From: Candidatus Levybacteria bacterium RIFCSPHIGHO2_02_FULL_40_18
Lineage (GTDB): Bacteria > Patescibacteriota > Microgenomatia > Levybacterales > GWA1-39-11
Length of the DNA stretch: 64,000 nt
Assembly: GCA_001782235.1 (NCBI GenBank)
Contig: MFOC01000004.1
Span: forward strand, 115,328-179,327
Reading direction: 5' to 3'
Part shown: positions 9,438-18,634 of the stretch, in pieces
Layout: every line of letters begins with the position of its first letter
Position numbering within the stretch: position 1 is the stretch's first letter
Translations under genes and position numbers: made by a program
The notes under the pieces: generated by a model
Told to the model about the DNA's origin: nothing
The model's input: the letters and a program-made list of their open reading frames with translations, nothing else
The model's database searches: none

Positions 9438-9508
9438 GGGCCTATGGTTGAACGGTACAACACTGCATTCGCATTGCAGAGGTTCGGGTTCAATTCCCGA
9501 TAGGTCCA
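9438..9508 (+). tRNA. tRNA-Ala(CGC)
   Basis: Acceptor GGGCCTA/TAGGTCC with G3:U70; D stem GTTG/CAAC; anticodon stem CTGCA/TGCAG with loop TTCGCAT; T loop TTCAATT; CCA not encoded. Confidence 0.93.
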
Positions 9509-9528
9509 CAGGTATCTAACGGGGTGAA

Positions 9529-9565
9529 CATTGCGGAGACGGGAGTTCGATTCTCCCATGGTCCA
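9529..9565 (+). pseudogene. 3' half of a second, different tRNA-Ala-like gene
   Basis: CATTGCGGAGAC-GGGAG-TTCGATT-CTCCC-ATGGTCCA has a T arm and acceptor 3' strand but no 5' half. Confidence 0.75.
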
Positions 9566-9586
9566 CACATCGACTCGCTAGCTCGC

Positions 9587-10150
9587 TCAGACTAAATTGG
9601 CAAGGGCGAGTTCAACCTTTTGCGTAAGATTCTCGACTGTTCCGTCATTTTCGATAACTACGTCTGAGAGTTCAAGACAGGCCTGGATCTGTTGTTTGTG
9701 CGAGCCTGTTTGGGCAAATTCGCGATCATCAAGCTCTTTAAATTGCTCAAAATTTTGGATTTCATCCGTATATATTCCGCGCGCGCGAAACATATCATAC
9801 CTTTTTCTCTGATTGGCAACCACGCCAATAATCTTTGCACCAAATTTTTGTCTGAAATAATTGATTTCTGCCGGGTTTCGTATAGCATCGATTACAATGA
9901 TATCAGGATTGTCCCGCTCTATAATCTCTGCGGTTCGGACAGCTAGGATATCAGTTCCAAGAGTATTTCTGAGATCATTTGAAACCAAATTACAATTAGC
10001 TCGGTTTACGTCTAGTCCGCGCGATTTAACCTCTTCCTTAAGAACATCTGAGGTAGAGTAGGCAGAATATCCTTTTTTCTTCAGGAATTCGATAACGGTT
10101 CCTTTTCCGGACGCAATGGGGCCCACAAGCCCAATAACAATTCTTGGCAT
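9587..10150 (-). CDS. P-loop nucleoside-monophosphate/dephospho-CoA kinase-like protein (paralog 1)
   Basis: GLVGPIASGKGT Walker A; IDAIRNPAE; VIENDGT. Confidence 0.85.
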   Translation of the reverse strand: MPRIVIGLVGPIASGKGTVIEFLKKKGYSAYSTSDVLKEEVKSRGLDVNRANCNLVSNDLRNTLGTDILAVRTAEIIERDNPDIIVIDAIRNPAEINYFRQKFGAKIIGVVANQRKRYDMFRARGIYTDEIQNFEQFKELDDREFAQTGSHKQQIQACLELSDVVIENDGTVENLTQKVELALANLV

Positions 10151-10312
10151 TATGGGAGTATATTCTACATCAAAAGTATCAAAAGTATCAAGAGTATCAA
10201 AGGGGCATCAAGGGCATGAGAAGCTACTTAATAACATAGAAAATGGTTGTTGGATAATGGAAATTGGTAATAGAGAATAGAAATTGGAAAATAGCTTAAA
10301 ACCAATTTCTAA

Positions 10313-10870
10313 CTAAAGATCAAAATTACTTAGAGTTTTTTTTATTTTTTTAATAAATTCTTTTTTTGTTGAGTTATTTTCGATTACTATATCGGATAGA
10401 GCGAGACAGGCTTCGACTTGTTGGCCGTGGATTGTTTCTCCAATGCCGCGATCTCTTTTTTCGACACGTACGAATTCCCTTTCTGTTTTAGGATCAGAAT
10501 CACTCTTTCTTTTTTGAGAAAATTCGAGTCTCAATTTGACAGGAGCCGTTACGCCAAGGGTCGTCGCATTATATTTTTTTCGAAGATAACCTATCTCTCC
10601 GGGATTTCTTATTCCGTCTATTACAATTTTTTGGGATCTTCCGAACAGTTTTTCAGTCTGCCTGACTAAAATGTCATCTCCAAATTTTGTCCGAAGTTCG
10701 TTTCCTATGTCCTGAAGGATTAAGCGATCATGGAGTAATCCGCGACGATCCGCCTCCTCACGCGTTCTATCGCCAAGATTAAAAGATTTAAACCCGAGCT
10801 TTTCAAGCTCCAAAATAACAGTGTCTTTTCCCGAGGCAATCGGCCCCACAACCCCCACAACCATCATCAT
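10313..10870 (-). CDS. P-loop nucleoside-monophosphate/dephospho-CoA kinase-like protein (paralog 2)
   Basis: GVVGPIASGKDT; IDGIRNPGE; VIENNST; clearly paralogous to the neighbouring gene. Confidence 0.85.
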   Translation of the reverse strand: MMMVVGVVGPIASGKDTVILELEKLGFKSFNLGDRTREEADRRGLLHDRLILQDIGNELRTKFGDDILVRQTEKLFGRSQKIVIDGIRNPGEIGYLRKKYNATTLGVTAPVKLRLEFSQKRKSDSDPKTEREFVRVEKRDRGIGETIHGQQVEACLALSDIVIENNSTKKEFIKKIKKTLSNFDL

Positions 10871-10964
10871 AAGCAAATTCTAGAGATTTAATTCTGTTAA
10901 ATCAAGCTTTATAATGATTTTCATAAGCGAGATAAAAAATCAACTCGTGTGGTATCATTATCCC

Positions 10965-12551
10965 ATGCAAATAGAAAGTGCTTTTACGAAGGATCGTGCT
11001 GTATTAAGATTTTATCTACTTTTGGGCCTCTTCTTTATTTCTCGTCTAATATTTCTAAGTCCGGATCCTGTATTTTTTGATTCACCCGAATATTTAAGAC
11101 GATTAGAAATGGACGATTGGCCTCGGTCGTTAATTGATGGACACCCACCTTTCCATACTGGTTATATCCTTCTATTTTGGCCTATTTTTCACTTCGGGAA
11201 ATTCTTGGGAGTTAATGGCGCATTTCTTGTGGTACTTACACAAGCTATTCTTGCAACTTTTGCCATCTGGTGTTTTTACAAAAGCATTCTTTTATTGGCA
11301 AACAGGCGTATCGCGATATGGGCATCAATAATAGCATCAGCTTTGCCACTATGGTGGATCGTAACAGATAGCGTTATGATGGAAGCGGGATACTCAAGTA
11401 CATTCCTCATTTCTTTTTATTTTTTCCTTCTTTTTCTGAAAAAACAAAATCTCGCATTTTTCCTAACAAGCATGGTCTTCTTTTTTTTGGCTCTATTAAC
11501 ACATATCGCAGTGCTTTTTTGGATTCCATTGTTCTTTTTTGCTATCTTTCGGATATCGAAAAACCAGAGAGCAAAACTTATCGTTTACGCGACCGCAGGG
11601 TTTGTTGCAACAACAATTGCAATAGTTTATTTTTTGGCCCATGTCGGCAGCTTATCGCTCATTGAAAGCGCATCCCTTATATTTTTAAGCAAAACAGGCG
11701 AACACGTAGAGATATCATTATCGGCTATAGGAATCGCACAGCTTGTGCGGAATACTATGGTTCCGATGATTGTAAATAACACTAGCCTGATAGTTATCTT
11801 AAGTATTTTTAGTCTTTTTATCTTATGGAGAAAAGATAAAAGCTATTTTTTCTTAGGGCTTCTATGGATTTTGCCAATTACTATCACCAATAATTGGTGG
11901 GATTCGCTTTTGTTTGGTAGGCACGCTCTTCTGGCGAGTTTTGGATCCGCATTTTTAGTAGGTTCGCTTTTGGAAAAGAGCAAAAAAAAATTTTTCATAG
12001 TCATTTTTTATCTACTAGTCGTTTCATTACCGGCAGTAACCCATTTGCGACAACCAATCCCATACATAGAGGAAGCGGCAGCCGTAGAAAAATTACCCAA
12101 GGGAGGACTTATTTTGGAGACGCACTTTGCAAGACCTCAAGTTGAAAAAAAATATGAAGGTAAAATAATCTTTGTAAATGAGCCGGGATGGGATCGAGCC
12201 GATACTTTAGAACAGATTCGAACATTCTTAGCTAGCGATAGACCGGTTTTCGTTACTTCTCAAGCACTTTCAGACCCTTATGGTTTATATTCGGGACCAT
12301 ATATTCATAGCTTATCGTTATCATACGCCCACCCTTTTGTACTACAAGGTATCATAGATCGGTTTACTTTAGAAAAGTACAAAATAATTAGCGAAAAAGA
12401 TAATCTCCTTATTTATAAAGTTCTTAATGACAATCCCTCACCATACCCTGAGATTAAAAAGGTGAATCAAAGTAGGAGACGAATTGATTATTTCGATCCA
12501 ATTACACAACTTATCAATATTTTCAAAGCTAGGGCGAATTTAAAACTATAA
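10965..12551 (+). CDS. polytopic GT-C type glycosyltransferase (PMT/ArnT-like)
   Basis: FFDSPEY and HPPFH loop motifs, many TM helices, soluble C-terminal domain; TATCAT -10 box 6 nt before ATG 10965. Confidence 0.7.
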   Translation: MQIESAFTKDRAVLRFYLLLGLFFISRLIFLSPDPVFFDSPEYLRRLEMDDWPRSLIDGHPPFHTGYILLFWPIFHFGKFLGVNGAFLVVLTQAILATFAIWCFYKSILLLANRRIAIWASIIASALPLWWIVTDSVMMEAGYSSTFLISFYFFLLFLKKQNLAFFLTSMVFFFLALLTHIAVLFWIPLFFFAIFRISKNQRAKLIVYATAGFVATTIAIVYFLAHVGSLSLIESASLIFLSKTGEHVEISLSAIGIAQLVRNTMVPMIVNNTSLIVILSIFSLFILWRKDKSYFFLGLLWILPITITNNWWDSLLFGRHALLASFGSAFLVGSLLEKSKKKFFIVIFYLLVVSLPAVTHLRQPIPYIEEAAAVEKLPKGGLILETHFARPQVEKKYEGKIIFVNEPGWDRADTLEQIRTFLASDRPVFVTSQALSDPYGLYSGPYIHSLSLSYAHPFVLQGIIDRFTLEKYKIISEKDNLLIYKVLNDNPSPYPEIKKVNQSRRRIDYFDPITQLINIFKARANLKL

Positions 12552-12629
12552 CATCCTGACAGGAAGAAATTTATATGCTTATTATGATTATGGTAAAGTA
12601 ATTAATACGCTGTGTACCTACAATAAACC

Positions 12630-14201
12630 ATGAACAATTTCTTATCTAAAATATTTCACGTAGTCAAAGTTCTGATTTTCTTTGGATTGCTCTTATTTTT
12701 AACGCCAAACTCAGCGTCAGCAAGTGGTACGTGGAGCTACACAGGAAGTTTTGAAATTCCAAGGTATAACCCAGCGGCGGTAACCCTTCAAAACGGAAAA
12801 GTATTGCTTATAGGAGGACATACACCAGGAGATGTTTACAACTATAGCACTCAAATATACGATCCTGTAATGGGAACCTGGGCAGCTGCAAGCGACATGT
12901 TTTCTCCCATAGCAGATCCTTTAACAGTTTTGCTTCAAGACGGCACAGTTTTTGCGACGTATAATCGTACTCACCCGCAAACTTATGACCCTAGTACGAA
13001 TCAATGGACGCCTACAGAATATATGATTAACGATCATGCTTTTGGAACTGCGACACTGTTATCAAACGGGCATGTCTTTTTGGCTGGTGGTGTCAATCAC
13101 CCTAACACTGAAATATATAACCCTTCAACACGCACGTATTCCTATACTGGGTTTATGACTACAATTCGAGTCGAGCACGGGGCTGCTTTACTACCTAACG
13201 GTAAAGTATTACTTGCTGGGGGCCGTGATCTTTCTAACCCCATATCCTCAGCTGAGATATTTGATCCCGTAACACAAAGCTTTACTCCCACTGGAAGCAT
13301 GAACAGAGTTCGCCAATATCCAGGGATAGCCGCGCTACCAGACGGTCGTATTTTGGTAGCAGGCGGTCTTGGTGCCTCAGGTTCCCCTACAACAGCGGAG
13401 ATATATGATCTAAATACTGGTATATGGACTTTGACGGGTTCTTTGAATACGGCTAGATATTTTCCCGGCGGGCTTAAATTAGTACCCCTAGCGGATGGTA
13501 CGATAATTGCAGTTGGTAGTCATTCTAGCGGTACAAGCGAAACGTATGATCCTACTACCGGTTCATGGACTATGCAAGGTAACTTACAGGAGCCACAATG
13601 TTTTGGGGCATTAACATCATTACTTGATGGTAAAGTATTATTTGCGGGGGGGTACGATTGTGTTTCCCCAGAGAACAGGCTTTCGATAGCGCAATTATAT
13701 AGTGCTGTTGGACAACTCACGGAACTTTCTCCTGCCAAAATTTGGGTAGGGCTTAAAAATAGCGATGATGTTGGAACAAGATTTGATTTGAAGGCAGAGG
13801 TATATAAAAACAGTACCGAACTTGTTAGCTCAGGACAATTAGATAACGTCTGGGGAGGAAGCAGTGGGTTTAATAATGCTAACCTGCAAACCATTGAATT
13901 CAATCCTTTCTCACCGGTAGATTTTCCACAAGGATCAACTCTAAGCATTAAGTTATATGTCAGAAATGCCTGTCAAGGGCCAACTCATAACTCAGGAACT
14001 GCCCGCCTGTGGTATGACGATGCCGCGGCTAACAGTAGACTTGATGCAACTATTGAGGGAGCAAATAGCTATTATTACCTTAGGAATAACTTTATTTTAT
14101 CTACAACAGTGGGTAGTGGACCGAAAAAGAAAATCGATGTCAATTCAGGATCTCCTTGTAGTCCCTACAAGACTTTCGGGACATGGAGTATTACTCCATA
14201 A
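12630..14201 (+). CDS. secreted Kelch-repeat beta-propeller protein with an uncharacterised C-terminal domain
   Basis: Signal peptide; repeated LxNGKVLxxGG...EIYDPxTxxW units. Confidence 0.88.
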   Translation: MNNFLSKIFHVVKVLIFFGLLLFLTPNSASASGTWSYTGSFEIPRYNPAAVTLQNGKVLLIGGHTPGDVYNYSTQIYDPVMGTWAAASDMFSPIADPLTVLLQDGTVFATYNRTHPQTYDPSTNQWTPTEYMINDHAFGTATLLSNGHVFLAGGVNHPNTEIYNPSTRTYSYTGFMTTIRVEHGAALLPNGKVLLAGGRDLSNPISSAEIFDPVTQSFTPTGSMNRVRQYPGIAALPDGRILVAGGLGASGSPTTAEIYDLNTGIWTLTGSLNTARYFPGGLKLVPLADGTIIAVGSHSSGTSETYDPTTGSWTMQGNLQEPQCFGALTSLLDGKVLFAGGYDCVSPENRLSIAQLYSAVGQLTELSPAKIWVGLKNSDDVGTRFDLKAEVYKNSTELVSSGQLDNVWGGSSGFNNANLQTIEFNPFSPVDFPQGSTLSIKLYVRNACQGPTHNSGTARLWYDDAAANSRLDATIEGANSYYYLRNNFILSTTVGSGPKKKIDVNSGSPCSPYKTFGTWSITP

Positions 14202-14217
14202 ATTTCTTTCTGATAAG

Positions 14218-14283
14218 CTAAGCTGTATCTTTTCCAGAGGCTATCGGCCCCACAACCCCCACAGCTTTTGGAGAATTATTCAT
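14218..14283 (-). pseudogene. truncated 5' copy of the P-loop kinase gene
   Basis: Encodes MNNSPKAVGVVGPIASGKDTA*; 14225-14263 matches 10821-10859 at 36/39 nt. Confidence 0.85.
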
Positions 14284-14341
14284 AGTTTATGTCGAGCGGA
14301 AACGAGGCGTACCGCGTCAAACGCGGCTACCAAGTTTGACT

Positions 14342-14364
14342 TGGTGCCGAGAGAGGGAGTCGAA
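14342..14364 (-). pseudogene. 3' fragment of a second tRNA (Leu-like)
   Basis: TTCGACTCCCTCTCTCGGCACCA: T loop through the CCA end, differing from the neighbouring intact tRNA. Confidence 0.7.
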
Positions 14365-14393
14365 TGGTTCGGCTTCGCTCACCACAAGCCCAC

Positions 14394-14481
14394 TGGTGGC
14401 CGGGGAGAGACTCGAACTCTCACGAAGCTTGCGCCACACGAGTTTTTGAGACTCGCCTGTCTACCATTCCAGCACCCGGCC
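14394..14481 (-). tRNA. tRNA-Leu(CAA)
   Basis: Acceptor GGCCGGG/CCCGGCC plus ACCA; anticodon loop CTCAAAA; long variable arm; GTTCGAG T loop. Confidence 0.93.
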
Positions 14482-14557
14482 ATGTTGCGTTTTGTGCCTA
14501 AATATTATATACTTTTATCTTCAGCCGATCAAACGAAGAGTAACCTTGATCTAAACT

Positions 14558-15586
14558 ATGACTATTCAACAAATTTATGAACTTGCGATTGAGATGGGGA
14601 TAAAGGCAGATCCCAGAGGCACTTCTGCTGTAAAAAGGCTGCTTGAGAAGAGGGGAAAAGAATACGAAGAATTATCCTCAAAAAAGAAAAAACTTTTTGA
14701 TCTTGAATCCCTCAAAAATCCATACTCGGACACACGAATTTTATTCGGAGATGGGAGCATTGAAGTAGATAAAGTAATGGCAGGAATCGACGCGGGAGCA
14801 CCAGAAGTTCTTTTGGTTGATCGTCTCAACCAGAAAGGCCTCCGGCCCGGCCTCCACCCAGAGGGCTCTGGCCCGGCGGGAGGGGCCTCTGGCCCGGAGG
14901 GAGAAGGAATTGACCTTCTGATTTCCCATCACCCCTCAGGTCACGCTTTTGCCGCATTACATGAGGTGATGGATATTCAGGTTGATATGTTTGCAGACGC
15001 TGGAGTTCCTGCAAACGTTGCGCATTCGCTTTTTGACGTCAGAATGCAAAAGGTGAAACGCGGGATAAGTCCTTTAAATCACTCGCAGGCTGTTGATGCC
15101 GCAAGACTTCTTTTGGTTCCTCTTATGGCAATTCATACTGTTTGGGATAATCTCGGAAACCTCTTTTTAGGAAAATATCTTTCAAAAAGAAAGTTTGAAA
15201 CGGCCGGTGATGTTCTTGATTATATAAACGAAGTTCCCGAATTTGTTGAGGCAACAAAAGGCAAAGCAGGTCCCTATCTTGCGGCAGGGGTGCCTGATCG
15301 ACGAGCGGGGAAAGTGGTTTCAAACTTGACAGGAGGCACAAATCCATCAAAAGACCTGTATATGGAACTTGCTAAGGCCGGAGTCGGTACAATAGTTGAG
15401 ATGCATGTACCGGAAGAAGCGGTAGAAGAATTGAGCAAACGTCATGTTAATGTAATTGACACGGGCCATATGGCGGCTGATTCAATTGGGGCAAACATAT
15501 TTATCGACGAACTTGAAAGACAGGGAGTTACAGTTGTCCCATCCTCCGGATTAATCCGAGTAAAACGAAAAGGAAAAATCGTTTAG
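14558..15586 (+). CDS. NIF3/NGG1p-interacting-factor family protein with an in-frame GC-rich insert
   Basis: NPYSDTRIL, GID, ISHHP, HTVWDN, GHMAADSIG. Confidence 0.88.
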   Translation: MTIQQIYELAIEMGIKADPRGTSAVKRLLEKRGKEYEELSSKKKKLFDLESLKNPYSDTRILFGDGSIEVDKVMAGIDAGAPEVLLVDRLNQKGLRPGLHPEGSGPAGGASGPEGEGIDLLISHHPSGHAFAALHEVMDIQVDMFADAGVPANVAHSLFDVRMQKVKRGISPLNHSQAVDAARLLLVPLMAIHTVWDNLGNLFLGKYLSKRKFETAGDVLDYINEVPEFVEATKGKAGPYLAAGVPDRRAGKVVSNLTGGTNPSKDLYMELAKAGVGTIVEMHVPEEAVEELSKRHVNVIDTGHMAADSIGANIFIDELERQGVTVVPSSGLIRVKRKGKIV

Positions 15587-15625
15587 CGTATTAAATCTTC
15601 TAAAATTTTGTATAATCTTACTGCC

Positions 15626-17941
15626 ATGGCATTAGCAGAGGTAGAACGCCCAAAAGTTTTATACAGGCGGCCAGTCGATATCCCGCCGCTAGATCCTTCA
15701 GAAACTCCATCAAATGTTCGTAGGCTTTCCCAATATGTTTATAACATTGCAATTCCAAATGGCGATTTGCGTCGCGGCCAAGTGGAGGCACTCCGAGAAA
15801 CAGTAAATGCCTTTCAACAAGGCATAAGAGTAGGATATGTTGAACAGGCATCAGGATATGGAAAGTCCCGCTATATGCAGGAGATAGGGAGAGGATTTGG
15901 AGGCAGAATTGTATATGTGACCTCCGGAGAAACAACTTCTACAAATATTTTTGAGAAATATGAAGGTCGGGGCGTCGGAAGAATTGATAAAGACCATAGA
16001 GAAGTTGGCTATGAAATTACAGTTATCACAATGCAAAATTTACAATCTTTGCATAGAGCACTAAGATCCGGTAATACATCAAGGATTGATGATGCGCTAT
16101 TTATCTTTAGAGCAGATCTTATATTCGCAGATGAAGTCCATCATTATTTAACGCCACAGGGCCTTGGCATACTTGCAACTTTTCTATACATAAACCCTCA
16201 AAGCTACATGATTGGCGCAAGCGCAACCGAAGGTTATAATTTGGTGAAAAACTCCGAGCAGCAATTTGGAAAATGTCTTCATCGTGTTGGGCTTTCGGAA
16301 GCAGTTGAAGAAGAAGTCCTTATCTCTCCTCATGTATTGTTTGTCAAAACAGGTGCATCTTTGGATAGCTCAAGAATAACTCCGTCTGGTGACTTTGTTT
16401 TTGATCCCTCAATTCCGCTTCGCGCGCGCGACCAGAAACTTCTTGAGTCCTATCTTAAAGTTTGTGAAAGAGAGGGGAGGAGATTGCGGACGGTCTCTTA
16501 TCTTTCAAGCATTGACCACGCATATGACTATGCAGAACTTTGTGAGGCAATGAGGATACCGTGCGAAGTGATTATTGATGGAACAAAAAACCGCGATAGA
16601 ATTTATGAAAGACTAAGACAAGGACAGCTTGGTACAGTAGCAACAGTAAATACCGCAGTTGAAAGCCTTGATTTGCCATGGCTTGACGGAACTCTTCATT
16701 CGGCTCAAACGCGATCAATGCGAGTTGCGCGACAAATGTTTCCGCGGTCCATGAGGAATATTCCGGGGAAGAGTGCGCCGTGGATTATCCAGGCGGTTGA
16801 TGAGAAGACCTCCTGGCACAGAAGGCCTCTTGTAGCACCAGATATTTTGGGACAAACACGATTTGCCAACGGCTCAATTATTGTCCCAAAAAGTGCAGGT
16901 GAAGACATCCCGATTTCTCATACCGGGAAGGTATATAGTGTTGGGGTTGATCTTGCGGAAGGGACAGATGTTGATGTTGAAGTTATTGACATACGCTCTT
17001 TATTTAAGATGGGCATTTTAGACCGTGCGGTTCTTCTTGGAAAAGGACTATTGCCGCAGGAAGAAGTTGAAAAATTCCGCGCAGAGATAAATGAGTTGCT
17101 TACAAGAAAATTTGAAGGAGAATGGCCACCATCTTCATATAGGGTGTATATAGATATAGCAGGAAGGTTTAAATTATTTGACGAGATAACAAATCAAGAA
17201 GTATCCCTGGCACATATAGCCGGCCGCGTTTTTGACACAGGAACGCAAGAATTGAGAGCAATTCATTGGCATGCTTTTCAAGATTTTCTTAGAACAGGCA
17301 AACTTTCTCAAATTGATAAACAAGAAAATACAGAGAGAAACAACGGTTTAAATGAAAATTTTATTGATCCTGAATTTGCCGAGCTTTGCGATAAATTCAA
17401 AACAGGCAAGATATCAGAGAATGAAAAGAGGGTCCTGGCAGCTACCCTTAGAAGCGTCTGGGAAACAAGAAGTGATACAGTATTTGTAAGTAATCTAGGC
17501 AATATTTGCTTAGACCACGAAATGTTTAGAGGATCAGCAGGAATCTTAGGAAGGTTATTGGGAATTAATATAGCAAGCAGAGTTGGTAGTTACCAATTTT
17601 CATCACAATCAAGAACTCGTCTATTTGAATTCATAAATCAATACAGTGAAGGAGAAGAATTGGGAGCGTCTCAAGATAAAAAGGCAAAAGAGGTTACTTC
17701 TGATGGAACCCATCCGGAATTTGGTGATGTAGGGGCCTTTCTTAAAGAGGTTTTTGAAGACGCCCAAAGAAAAGGTATTGATATTAGGGATCTTACCGTA
17801 ATGACTAGCTATAGAGTTCCGTCCATAGGTAGGCTTTCGACCATTGCCCAAAAATTAGGTATTAGAGATAGAAACAATTACAACTTTATAACTAAACGAG
17901 AGTTAAGTGTTCTTCTTATGATGGCGGGAATTGAAGCATAA
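15626..17941 (+). CDS. SF2 DExH helicase-like protein with a long unassigned C-terminal region
   Basis: Q motif (LRRGQVEAL), SGYGKS, DEVHH, SAT, degenerate motifs V and VI. Confidence 0.8.
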   Translation: MALAEVERPKVLYRRPVDIPPLDPSETPSNVRRLSQYVYNIAIPNGDLRRGQVEALRETVNAFQQGIRVGYVEQASGYGKSRYMQEIGRGFGGRIVYVTSGETTSTNIFEKYEGRGVGRIDKDHREVGYEITVITMQNLQSLHRALRSGNTSRIDDALFIFRADLIFADEVHHYLTPQGLGILATFLYINPQSYMIGASATEGYNLVKNSEQQFGKCLHRVGLSEAVEEEVLISPHVLFVKTGASLDSSRITPSGDFVFDPSIPLRARDQKLLESYLKVCEREGRRLRTVSYLSSIDHAYDYAELCEAMRIPCEVIIDGTKNRDRIYERLRQGQLGTVATVNTAVESLDLPWLDGTLHSAQTRSMRVARQMFPRSMRNIPGKSAPWIIQAVDEKTSWHRRPLVAPDILGQTRFANGSIIVPKSAGEDIPISHTGKVYSVGVDLAEGTDVDVEVIDIRSLFKMGILDRAVLLGKGLLPQEEVEKFRAEINELLTRKFEGEWPPSSYRVYIDIAGRFKLFDEITNQEVSLAHIAGRVFDTGTQELRAIHWHAFQDFLRTGKLSQIDKQENTERNNGLNENFIDPEFAELCDKFKTGKISENEKRVLAATLRSVWETRSDTVFVSNLGNICLDHEMFRGSAGILGRLLGINIASRVGSYQFSSQSRTRLFEFINQYSEGEELGASQDKKAKEVTSDGTHPEFGDVGAFLKEVFEDAQRKGIDIRDLTVMTSYRVPSIGRLSTIAQKLGIRDRNNYNFITKRELSVLLMMAGIEA

Positions 17942-18037
17942 TAATCTGGAATTTTCCTCATGATCCTGATAAAATATCAAGATTAGTGTTTTTTAATTTG
18001 ACAATTTAGCAATAGAACAATATAACAATATAATTTT

Positions 18038-18592
18038 ATGATTTCGGTGAATGATTTAAGGGCCGGGGCGACTTTTGAGGAAAATGGCGATATTTTTAAA
18101 GTTTTGGCATTTGAGCATATTAAGATGGGGCGGGGTTCTGCCAATATTAAGGTAAAGGTAAAAAATCTTAGGAATGGATCAATTATTGAGAAAGGTTACA
18201 CCAATGGCGCTAACGTTTCAGATATTATTTTAACAAAACGGGAATTCCAATTTCTTTATAAAGACTCTGAAAATGCCTATTTTATGGATCCCCGGACATT
18301 TGAACAAAGATCAATTCCTTTAAAAACATTATCAGGAAGCGAATATCTTAAAGAAGGGGAGACTGTAAGTCTTGAATTCTTTGAAGACGAAGCGCTTGAT
18401 CTTCTTTTGCCACCTAAGATTACTCTCAGGGTTTCCGATACTACACCCGGGGTTCGAGGGGATTCGGCAACCAATATCTATAAAGATGCGATTCTTGAAA
18501 ATGGAGGTAAAATAAAGGTACCTCTTTTTATCAAGGTTGGGGATAGTATTGTTGTAGATACTAGGGATGGGAGTTATACTAAAAGAGCGTGA
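18038..18592 (+). CDS. efp: elongation factor P
   Basis: KMGRGSA loop, PGVRGDS, VPLFIKVGD...DTRDGSY. Confidence 0.96.
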   Translation: MISVNDLRAGATFEENGDIFKVLAFEHIKMGRGSANIKVKVKNLRNGSIIEKGYTNGANVSDIILTKREFQFLYKDSENAYFMDPRTFEQRSIPLKTLSGSEYLKEGETVSLEFFEDEALDLLLPPKITLRVSDTTPGVRGDSATNIYKDAILENGGKIKVPLFIKVGDSIVVDTRDGSYTKRA

Positions 18593-18622
18593 CCCCATTA
18601 GATAACTTCGTATCTAACGGGG
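18593..18622. mobile_element. short MITE-like hairpin of the CCCCGTTAGA...TCTAACGGGG family
   Basis: CCCCATTAGATA-ACTTCG-TATCTAACGGGG directly after the efp stop. Confidence 0.65.
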
Positions 18623-18634
18623 TAAACTTCCTAA

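Noticed and set aside
13957-14580. 207-aa ORF on the + strand
   Set aside because: It overlaps the Kelch gene out of frame and runs antisense through tRNA-Leu and repeats; the composition is not protein-like.
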